Shown piece after piece: positions 1 to 7,166 of a stretch of 64,000 nucleotides of DNA. Source of the stretch: a virus. Under the pieces are notes generated by a model that ran no database searches, was not told where the DNA came from, and saw nothing but the letters and a program-made list of their open reading frames with translations. The stretch is from positions 32,001-96,000 of IMG/VR virus record IMGVR_UViG_3300024520_000050; one strand, 5' to 3'. Position 1 is the first letter of the stretch, and each line of letters starts with the position of its first letter. A program made the translations under genes and the position numbers.

Positions 1-190
1 TTGAATTTAACCAAAAACTTTTATGAAATTCAAACTTGAGTCCATTACATGTTTTAGTCATTCTACCTTTAGTGATGAATAATATTCTATCATCAATAAA
101 TATACCATGAGTAATTACAAGAGCAACCATAGGTTTATTTTCTTGTTTGAATAATTTAGAAACTCTTTTAATTTCTTCTAAGAAGTTCAT
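1..190 (-). CDS. Hypothetical protein, runs off the left edge (partial)
   Basis: ATG at 190 opens MNFLEEIKRVSKLFKQENKPMVALVITHG... with no stop before position 1. It is preceded by the TACTCAAA leader shared with neighbouring genes. Not in the ORF track. Confidence 0.7.
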   Translation of the reverse strand, partial: MNFLEEIKRVSKLFKQENKPMVALVITHGIFIDDRILFITKGRMTKTCNGLKFEFHKSFWLNS

Positions 191-216
191 AATGATTAAA
201 TTTGAGTATAAAAGAA

Positions 217-242
217 AACATCCTCACGTTAATAAGGATGTT
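217..242. terminator. Intergenic stem-loop (AACATCCT/AGGATGTT)
   Basis: Perfect 8-bp inverted repeat with a 10-nt loop between leftward genes. Confidence 0.35.
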
Positions 243-313
243 ATATTTGCAAATTATAGTTTAATCCTACAAACGTCCGTAGACTTGGAATGGTAACTAT
301 TAACCAAATATTT

Positions 314-610
314 TTATGCTGACATAGCGTAACGATCAAAAGTAATTACTTCTACGCGTTCGCTAAAATTATATTTATTTTTAGCAGATTCTAATTGACA
401 AGGTGAATTATATAAATCAATAAATAACTGACAGTGCCAATCATACATGTTCATACCACAATTTTGAAAGAATGACATCATTTGATCTGCATTCAAACCA
501 GTCTTGAGAAGACTTATAATGATGGTATATGTATCAGTTAATATATTAGCATTATGAATCCAACCAGTTGCAGATATAGGTTGATTCTTATTTTTCCATT
601 CGAAAGCCAT
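314..610 (-). CDS. Hypothetical protein (98 aa)
   Basis: ORF with A-rich leader and TACTCAAA motif at 627-634. Confidence 0.75.
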   Translation of the reverse strand: MAFEWKNKNQPISATGWIHNANILTDTYTIIISLLKTGLNADQMMSFFQNCGMNMYDWHCQLFIDLYNSPCQLESAKNKYNFSERVEVITFDRYAMSA

Positions 611-700
611 GATTTTATATTTTGAGTTTGAGTATTAAATAATTAGAACTTACTTTTCATCGAAGAACACGTCGTACATAGTACACGAAAGTTTATAAAA

Positions 701-730
701 ATACCACTACTATGAATTATAGTAGCGGTA
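701..730 (-). terminator. Stem-loop (12 bp, one G-U on the minus-strand RNA)
   Basis: TACCACTACTAT/ATAGTAGCGGTA. The mismatch is a G-U wobble only on the minus strand and is followed there by a T-run. Confidence 0.5.
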
Positions 731-1349
731 TAGTTTCTGTTATTTATGACCTTAGTCAATTGCCTGAATTGGCAACACAGTACTCCTACTGCAACCGTAT
801 CCTTTTATTTACGAGGTTGTTTGTTTCGCCGACACTGGTCGATCCTTCCTCGGATAGTTTCATCCTACTAGCGTACATAAATGCACTTGGCGCGGTTAAC
901 TATCAAACTAATAACTGTTCGAATACCTTGACAGTCAAAAAGCCGACATAATACCATATCACTTAGTCTGGTATAAATAACTCTGTAACTCTACAGTAGT
1001 TAATATGTCTTTAAATTATGGGAACGCTGGTGTGAATGCCATAGGCAAGCGTTGTAGTCTTCCGAGATACATCCTCGTACTACTACTGTCCCTTAGTTGG
1101 TGTGCCCTATAGCATGCTGACGTATAGCATGCGTAGCTGTTTAAAACTGGAGATTTCCTCCTCAAGTTGTTGTTCATATCGAAGAGATATAATCTCTCCT
1201 TTATAAAATCTAGTATGCGTGAATAAAAAATAACCACTCTCCTTCCATATATTGCTCCAACTCGATGGATTGACTCAATGGCTTTTCTGGTGGTTGTGAA
1301 ATATGATTAATAAAATAAGGTTTACGATACCTCAAAACGTAGTTCAGTA

Positions 1350-1889
1350 TTATACTGCTTCATTAAAAACAGGACCTTTATGCCAATCAACTTTATATTC
1401 ATCTTTATTGAGAGTATTCCAATCATCTAAACTCATTTCGTTACTACGTGTTCTATAAGATGCAGTATACATTGATTCACTTTCAGTGCCAGTTTGGCTA
1501 GATGCTAATTTCTTAGCGGATTCTGTATCTAATTCAGAAACTTGTTCGCGTAGTAATTGAAGTTCATCAGCATACTTACTATCAAAAGAATGACTAACTT
1601 GAATACTTTCATATTCATAACAATCATATTCAATCATATCTGTTAATGGATTATAATTGAGATTGTAGAAATACTTAAGTTCACCATATCTTTTAGACTT
1701 CAATGGATATAACTCCATTGTTGTTGGTCTACCTAAAAGAATGAGTATTGCATTCTTTCTTTGATAAATAGGCATGAATAATATCAAATCTTTTATATTA
1801 TCTGATACATTATGTGTACTAAGTAAAGCCATAAAAATGATTAAATCTTTTTCTGCTTCTAATGCGTTATTTTTGTTTGAACGTGCCAT
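1350..1889 (-). CDS. Hypothetical protein (179 aa)
   Basis: Long ORF with a TACTCAAA leader at 1908-1915. Confidence 0.8.
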   Translation of the reverse strand: MARSNKNNALEAEKDLIIFMALLSTHNVSDNIKDLILFMPIYQRKNAILILLGRPTTMELYPLKSKRYGELKYFYNLNYNPLTDMIEYDCYEYESIQVSHSFDSKYADELQLLREQVSELDTESAKKLASSQTGTESESMYTASYRTRSNEMSLDDWNTLNKDEYKVDWHKGPVFNEAV

Positions 1890-1970
1890 AATATTATATA
1901 TTTTAAGTTTGAGTATTAAATTGATAACTGTGTTACTTAAGCCCAGTATAGCCCTCGTCTTACGACTGAT

Positions 1971-2018
1971 AAAATCATAACCGACTACAATGGAGTATTG
2001 TAGCCGTATTATGATTTC
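1971..2018 (-). terminator. Long intergenic stem-loop
   Basis: AAATCATAA/TTATGATTT outer arm plus CGACTACAAT/ATTGTAGCCG inner arm. The wobble works on the minus strand. Confidence 0.5.
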
Positions 2019-2019
2019 C

Positions 2020-2505
2020 TTATATTTTTACAACTTCAAATGTGTAAGAGTAATGCTTTAATCTACTTACTAAATAAAGCATATCACGAACACATAGTAA
2101 ATCTAAACGTACTGTATTATTTTCTTCTAGTTCATCAACGCAATAGAAATTTCTTCCGTTTTCATTACTGATATTCTCTATCTCACGAAATGTACTTCTA
2201 TCTCCACTAAATACAATGTTTACACGTCTATTAGATTTACCAAAATGGTCTTCCATTTCAGCTATAAGTTGAAATAACTTATTACGTAATCTCATTCGAA
2301 GATTCATATTATCAAACTTACTGATAATCTTTTCAACTTCAACAATAAAATCAGCTACGTTTGGTGAAAGTTGAATGTCATAAATAAAATGACTCACTAT
2401 AGCTAATAATTTGGCAAGATTATGAAAGTCCTGTAGTTCTGTATCCTGCATAGCAGTTGTAATTATTGATGTTACACTTGCTATTAATTTTTGTATGTTT
2501 AGCAT
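2020..2505 (-). CDS. Hypothetical protein (161 aa)
   Basis: ORF with a TACTCAAA leader at 2511-2518. Confidence 0.8.
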   Translation of the reverse strand: MLNIQKLIASVTSIITTAMQDTELQDFHNLAKLLAIVSHFIYDIQLSPNVADFIVEVEKIISKFDNMNLRMRLRNKLFQLIAEMEDHFGKSNRRVNIVFSGDRSTFREIENISNENGRNFYCVDELEENNTVRLDLLCVRDMLYLVSRLKHYSYTFEVVKI

Positions 2506-2539
2506 AATATTTTGAGTATTAGTATAAGTTGAGTAAATA

Positions 2540-2559
2540 CCCGCAACGAGTGTTACGGG
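2540..2559 (-). terminator. GC-rich stem-loop
   Basis: Minus strand reads CCCGTAAC-ACTC-GTTGCGGG, followed by TATTT. Confidence 0.5.
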
Positions 2560-2567
2560 CTTATTAT

Positions 2568-2894
2568 TTAAATTCCTTTAAGTCTTTTCCATATATTAAC
2601 AATACCACTTATTCTATCCTCATCTATTATCTTCTGTAAAGATGGAACAGGAATATGTGCTGTTGTTTCAGCATAATTGTGATAAGCTGTATGAATTTCA
2701 CTTAAAGGTAATGACCAATTAACTTTCTCACCTTTTGAGTTGGTGATATCTTTAAGTACTACATATCTTCCTTCATGTGTCAATGGCTCAGAAAAAGTTC
2801 CTTCAGCACATTCTAACCAACCACATAAGTGTTGGTTAATATCTTCAATCATTCTATCTACTGATATTTCTAGGGATACTGTTTGATTAGGCAT
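2568..2894 (-). CDS. Hypothetical protein (108 aa)
   Basis: ORF with a TACTCAAA leader at 2918-2925. Confidence 0.8.
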   Translation of the reverse strand: MPNQTVSLEISVDRMIEDINQHLCGWLECAEGTFSEPLTHEGRYVVLKDITNSKGEKVNWSLPLSEIHTAYHNYAETTAHIPVPSLQKIIDEDRISGIVNIWKRLKGI

Positions 2895-3230
2895 AATATA
2901 TATGTTTTAAGTATTAATTTGAGTAAATGAGATGTGAATATAAACAAAAATAGTACTATTAAGCTGTGTTATAACTATAGATTAATTCTATCAATTATTA
3001 ATATAGGCTTAATAGTACTATTGTTATTGTAAAACGGTAATGGGTTAATGTGGGTTTATATATGGGTATGTTGTGTGTTAAATGTATACTAATACAAACA
3101 ACTTTATATGCACTTGAACTATGTCTTATAGGAGAACTAGCCCGCCACCTGCCCAAGGTACAAAAAATATTTGACACTAAATACCACTTTTTGACAAAAA
3201 CAGTGAAATAGTTTAAAATAAATGTAAAAC

Positions 3231-3271
3231 TTAACATTAAATTAACATTAAATTAACATTGGGTTAACATT
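3231..3271. repeat. Four TTAACATT direct repeats with 11-bp period
   Basis: Copies at 3231, 3242, 3253 and 3264, separated by 3-nt spacers (AAA, AAA, GGG). Confidence 0.85.
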
Positions 3272-3367
3272 AGTTGATTATATAGACTTGAACTACATGC
3301 AGGCATTTAACCTGAAATCAATGTTATTATAATTATATAAGGTTATTGGTTTATATCATATATATAA

Positions 3368-3400
3368 ACAAACTAACTACCCTTGTGGTAGTTAGTTTGT
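3368..3400. terminator. Perfect 14-bp stem-loop just downstream of the 3406-3981 gene
   Basis: ACAAACTAACTACC-CTTGT-GGTAGTTAGTTTGT. Confidence 0.6.
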
Positions 3401-3405
3401 AATGA

Positions 3406-3981
3406 TTACGGTCCAGCAACAACTGCAGGCGCTTCAGCCGTAGCAGTTGGTGCAGTAATCATGGCAGCAGCAGTCTCCGCAAGGAGCAATTCTACCATAC
3501 CTTTAGGAGCTCCGACGAAGGAGGAATCCGTAAGGGATTTAAGGCAAGTCATTGCCGTCTCAGAAACAACCCCGTCTTTCCATTCTCTCTGTAAAGCAAC
3601 ATGACCTTTGGGAATGTTGATTGCAGGGAATGAACGGTGACTGCCGACGATAGGAGCAGGATCCGTTTTTAATACATAAACCCAAGACACCAATGGTGCG
3701 TTGGTTAAGAGGTCTCTACCTCTTAACATGTATCCGTCTTTTAACGGATTAGAGCATACCGTTTTGGTAGGCTCAACAGAAGTGATGGCCACAGCACGAT
3801 AAGAGACACCGTCTCGTTCGACTTTGTCGATTTCGATTAATGTGTTGGCAGCGTGAGCAGCCATGAACATTACCTCATGTCCAGCTTCGTTGGACTTGAT
3901 GATTTGAAAAGAAGTCTCCTTCTTTGCTGCCGCTTTTGTGGCATCGATGGCTTTTTGAGCCATGATTTCTTGATATGTCAT
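3406..3981 (-). CDS. Hypothetical protein (191 aa), GC-rich, first gene of the leftward arm
   Basis: Clean ORF. Hand count gives about 47% GC over 3421-3960, with many C/G-ending codons. Confidence 0.85.
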   Translation of the reverse strand: MTYQEIMAQKAIDATKAAAKKETSFQIIKSNEAGHEVMFMAAHAANTLIEIDKVERDGVSYRAVAITSVEPTKTVCSNPLKDGYMLRGRDLLTNAPLVSWVYVLKTDPAPIVGSHRSFPAINIPKGHVALQREWKDGVVSETAMTCLKSLTDSSFVGAPKGMVELLLAETAAAMITAPTATAEAPAVVAGP

Positions 3982-4029
3982 ATCAAAGTGGTTTAAGAGT
4001 TAATTGTCAATACGACCTAGGGGCTCCAT

Positions 4030-4051
4030 CCCCCGTAAAACTTAACGGGGG
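4030..4051. other. GC-rich hairpin in the divergent intergenic region
   Basis: CCCCCGT-AAAACTTA-ACGGGGG, followed by a long A-tract at about 4096-4121. Confidence 0.6.
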
Positions 4052-4167
4052 TTCAAAGGATATGTGCTATCACCCGTTTCACACACATATTCTAGAAAAA
4101 ATAAAAAAAAAATAAAAAAAATTAACAGTTTTTCACTTTTTTGTGCACTTTATCAATATATTTACTG

Positions 4168-4175
4168 TATATTTG
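4168..4175 (+). promoter_or_regulatory. Bacteroidota-type -7 promoter element TAnnTTTG
   Basis: TATATTTG 47 nt upstream of the first rightward gene, with TTTG at 4140-4143 as a possible (long-spaced) -33 element. Confidence 0.55.
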
Positions 4176-4222
4176 TAATAACATAACACAAAAATGTTAA
4201 ACATAATACAATTTAAACAATA

Positions 4223-4513
4223 ATGTTATTATTAGAACTAACTACTTTGACATCCTCAGCACGATCTCGTAAACTCGGAATCAACATAGATGAAGATGAC
4301 CTTATTGAAGTAAGAACATCCATTAATATAGATGCTATTACTCATTTAAGTGAGCATCCTGAGAATGACAGACTAACTAACATTTATTTAACTAGTGGAG
4401 GATATGTAACTAGCCCTGCATCATTTGATGACATACGTAACTTACTTGATCCAGAGCAATCTGACCTACCTGACCTTCCATTTAACACAGATCATGTCCA
4501 ATATAAACTATAG
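4223..4513 (+). CDS. Small hypothetical protein, FlbD-like beta fold possible
   Basis: Pattern INIDAITHLSE...TNIYLTSG...SPASFDDI resembles FlbD-like phage proteins. Confidence 0.6.
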   Translation: MLLLELTTLTSSARSRKLGINIDEDDLIEVRTSINIDAITHLSEHPENDRLTNIYLTSGGYVTSPASFDDIRNLLDPEQSDLPDLPFNTDHVQYKL

Positions 4514-5018
4514 TAAGAATAACGAAAATATTAACACTTCATGTAAGATCGTACGTTACGGTAAATACCAGGAAACCTACAATGGTCCTGGAGATATAAC
4601 AACAAAGGTAATCAAATCAATATCAATTGAAGCATTTTTTAGATTATATCTAGAATTAAATAATGTAATTGGATATCGTAGAATGGGTTCGGAAATAGTC
4701 GACATGCGACTAGCTAAGACGCCAATCGACTTGTTAATTCATTTAATGATGAAAGATAGAGACTACACGATTGTATTTAGAAATAAAGATGCAACACTAG
4801 TTAAATTAGGAAAAGAATTAGGTAAGAGTGCCTCGTCAATTTATGCTACATTAAGTAAATTACGTCATGCAGGATATGTCATCAAGGATGAAGATAATCT
4901 ATTAGTATTAAATCAAGAATTAACTGATTTAATAACAGATGCGCGTAAATATACTGATACGGACGAACCACTCAAATTTGATTTTCTATTTAAATTCTGT
5001 GTACTAGATCCACAATAA
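4494..5018 (+). CDS. Winged-helix DNA-binding protein (RepL/MarR-like)
   Basis: TLVKLGKELGKSASSIYATLSKLRHAGYVIK is an HTH-wing. ATG 4494 is preferred over the track start at 4425, which lies deep inside the upstream gene. Confidence 0.65.
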   Translation: MSNINYSKNNENINTSCKIVRYGKYQETYNGPGDITTKVIKSISIEAFFRLYLELNNVIGYRRMGSEIVDMRLAKTPIDLLIHLMMKDRDYTIVFRNKDATLVKLGKELGKSASSIYATLSKLRHAGYVIKDEDNLLVLNQELTDLITDARKYTDTDEPLKFDFLFKFCVLDPQ

Positions 5019-5021
5019 TAT

Positions 5022-5333
5022 ATGTCACGTAGATTAAAGCAAGATGATTCATTAGTACCACGTGTAATGAAAGAAATAGCAAAGGAATTAAATATAAGTG
5101 AAGACCTAACCAGACATGCAATACAGCACTTCTTTCAATGGCAACGAGATGCATTTAATAATTTAAAATATACTAAATTCTTATGGAATTACTTTGGTAC
5201 ATTTTCTATATTACCTAAAAGGTATGAAAAATGGATTCAATCAGACAAATATAAAAAACAACAACTGGACTTAAGGAAGAAATTAAAAGCTTTAAAAGAG
5301 TCTGAACAACAATTAACTAACAAAGATAAATAA
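5022..5333 (+). CDS. HU/IHF-like DNA-binding protein
   Basis: VMKEIAKELNISEDLTRHAIQHFF...FLWNYFGTFSILPKR matches the HU/IHF helix-helix-FGTF pattern. Confidence 0.65.
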   Translation: MSRRLKQDDSLVPRVMKEIAKELNISEDLTRHAIQHFFQWQRDAFNNLKYTKFLWNYFGTFSILPKRYEKWIQSDKYKKQQLDLRKKLKALKESEQQLTNKDK

Positions 5334-5340
5334 TAAAACA

Positions 5341-6141
5341 ATGAGTAAAAAGAGTAGACCAACCAAGACACGAATTAAAAAAGCAAGTTCATACGTTGAC
5401 AATAGAAAACGTCAAGAAAATGATGAAACGCGTGAGAAACAAATTAACGCTATTCTACAAGGTCAAGAGGCTATTGATAAATGGAATACTGAATTAGTAG
5501 GTACAACCGGTTGGAAGAAAGATGTAAACCTAGTAGAACATTTCAAAAATGTACAATTAGAAACAGGTTTAATCGTTCAAATGTACATGGAAAACCCAAT
5601 TAAGAATATCGCACGTAATACAGAAACTGGTAAAGTAGTACAGTTAGAATGGAGTTTACGTCAAATAGATGCACGTGTACGTAGTACAGATAAAAACAAA
5701 TGGGTTAATACACCATTCCCTGTCATTGATAAAGGTATGATTATGGCTATCTCACCGTCTACATTAATTTGGTATCATGAACAAAAAGAAAAACTAGCCA
5801 AGTACGATTCTGTTGCTGCAGAAGCTTTCATTGTACCTAAAGTAGGTGATATCGTATATACCAAGTTATTTAGGTTTAAAGATAACAGATATTACGTTAA
5901 CAAACAAGAAAAGTGTGAAGACTTTATTATGAATCAAGAAGAGATTCGTTTGAAGCATTTTCAGAACTTATTCTTAATTGAGAACTTTGATATTGAATCA
6001 ATTGTACGTCCTGGTAAACAAAATGATATGAGCGATAAACAAATCTTAATTGATGATAGATATGTTGATATCGATCCAGATCCAGAAGAAATTGTAGCCA
6101 ACCCAGATGTAGATAACAGTGATCACCTAATCGAAAACTAA
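5341..6141 (+). CDS. Putative enlarged GroES/Gp31-like co-chaperonin
   Basis: LETGLIVQ, KGMIMAISP, PKVGDIVY and LFLIENFDIESIV line up with the GroES strands PLxDRVIV, GEVVAVGP, VKVGDxV and YLILRESDILAIV, with long insertions. Confidence 0.45.
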   Translation: MSKKSRPTKTRIKKASSYVDNRKRQENDETREKQINAILQGQEAIDKWNTELVGTTGWKKDVNLVEHFKNVQLETGLIVQMYMENPIKNIARNTETGKVVQLEWSLRQIDARVRSTDKNKWVNTPFPVIDKGMIMAISPSTLIWYHEQKEKLAKYDSVAAEAFIVPKVGDIVYTKLFRFKDNRYYVNKQEKCEDFIMNQEEIRLKHFQNLFLIENFDIESIVRPGKQNDMSDKQILIDDRYVDIDPDPEEIVANPDVDNSDHLIEN

Positions 6142-6219
6142 TTGAACGAAGAAACAATAAAAGGAATAATAGCATGGATATTACTATTAGGATTAATAGT
6201 GATATTCATTGCTCTTTAA
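6142..6219 (+). CDS. 25-aa single-pass membrane micro-protein (TTG start)
   Basis: MNEETIKGIIAWILLLGLIVIFIAL. It starts immediately after the stop at 6141 and fills the gap. Not in the ORF track. Confidence 0.5.
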   Translation: MNEETIKGIIAWILLLGLIVIFIAL

Positions 6220-6229
6220 AACTTAACAT

Positions 6230-6601
6230 ATGAATATAGATAAAAAATACATAATAGTAATTGCATCAGCAGCATCATTGATTATTTTAATGAACATTAT
6301 AATGCTAGTTATAGCTTTCAGACCTAATGAAGCAATAGAATATAATAAACAAGGTTTCCAAATGATTCAGTCTAGATTAGATAAAATTGACAGTACCTTC
6401 ATTGCTGAGCAAACACGTATAGACATTAAACTAGACTCATTAAATATGGATCAGTCATCACTATTTGCGGACATAGATAAATATAACGACAACCTAACAA
6501 ATTCTGTAAATAAGATAAAACGTTACAAGAATGAAATTATCAAACATAATTATCGTGATAGTTCTTCTACTGCAATCATTAACGGCCTTAACGCAAGATA
6601 G
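6230..6601 (+). CDS. Inner-membrane spanin-like protein
   Basis: N-terminal transmembrane helix followed by a predicted coiled coil. Overlaps the next gene by 71 nt. Confidence 0.45.
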   Translation: MNIDKKYIIVIASAASLIILMNIIMLVIAFRPNEAIEYNKQGFQMIQSRLDKIDSTFIAEQTRIDIKLDSLNMDQSSLFADIDKYNDNLTNSVNKIKRYKNEIIKHNYRDSSSTAIINGLNAR

Positions 6602-7022
6602 TACTAGTTCAATAGTACAAGCATGGCAAGGACCTGACGGAAGTATATGTATGACCATGGGTAGAGCAGCTAAACTATTAAATGCAGAAGATAGTCTACA
6701 GATACTGTATATCCAGAATACAATGCTAGAGAATGTTATACTAGACGCTAATTTAGTTATATCCTTATCAGAAGAAGCAATGGATAACTTAATGATACAG
6801 AAAATGGTACTTCAATCTAAAATCAAGGTATTAGAGGATAGACTCAACTTAAAGAGTGATAAGATCATGTTATACCTAGAAGAGATAGATGAATGCTCAA
6901 TTAAGCTAACTAAAGCAAACAAGAAGTTAAAACGACAGAAGACCGCCACAACCATTACATCAGTAATAGGTAGTTCTGCTATCGTGGCAGTTATAGTAAC
7001 AGTACTAATAATTGTATTATAA
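6531..7022 (+). CDS. Secreted coiled-coil protein with C-terminal TM helix (spanin-partner-like)
   Basis: Signal-like N-terminus, long heptad region, hydrophobic C-terminus. No lipobox Cys. Confidence 0.4.
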   Translation: MKLSNIIIVIVLLLQSLTALTQDSTSSIVQAWQGPDGSICMTMGRAAKLLNAEDSLQILYIQNTMLENVILDANLVISLSEEAMDNLMIQKMVLQSKIKVLEDRLNLKSDKIMLYLEEIDECSIKLTKANKKLKRQKTATTITSVIGSSAIVAVIVTVLIIVL

Positions 7023-7052
7023 TTAAACATATAGTAAGATACTAACGTATTT

Positions 7053-7103
7053 TGCAGGAAAGGAGGGGCGGACCAGTCCGACGAGGTACACCCTTATACT
7101 GCA
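7053..7103 (+). ncRNA. Candidate small structured RNA (unclassified)
   Basis: GC-rich island with nested pairing TGCAG/CTGCA, AGGG/CCCT and CGGA(CCAG)TCCG in an AT-rich intergenic region. Confidence 0.35.
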
Positions 7104-7166
7104 TCATATATAGTACCAATACGATTTAACCAATAAAGATTTAAACACGTTAAAACCATATAATAA

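Noticed and set aside
242-249. TATATTTG promoter box on the plus strand within the leftward arm
   Set aside because: It points antisense into a gene with no downstream ORF and is likely chance in AT-rich DNA.
780-945. tmRNA-like hints on the minus strand (GTCGGCTTTTTGACTG near the 5' side; frame GETNNLVNKRIRLQ echoing the Bacteroidota tag start GETN)
   Set aside because: No T-arm/acceptor 3' end, no GGGG 5' end, the resume context lacks the conserved UA, and the peptide does not end in ALAA-like residues.
800-1060. Group I intron (GACTACAACG) or hammerhead (CCGAGGA...CGAAAC) cores
   Set aside because: No matching UAGUC P7 partner downstream, and the hammerhead core lacks CUGANGA and flanking stems.
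712-1237. ORFs 712-951 (+) and 1016-1237 (-)
   Set aside because: No leader motif, atypical composition, and they overlap dense secondary structure. Treated as probably non-coding.
2998-3237. ORF 2998-3237 (-)
   Set aside because: Runs through hairpin and repeat DNA, with a weak start and no leader.
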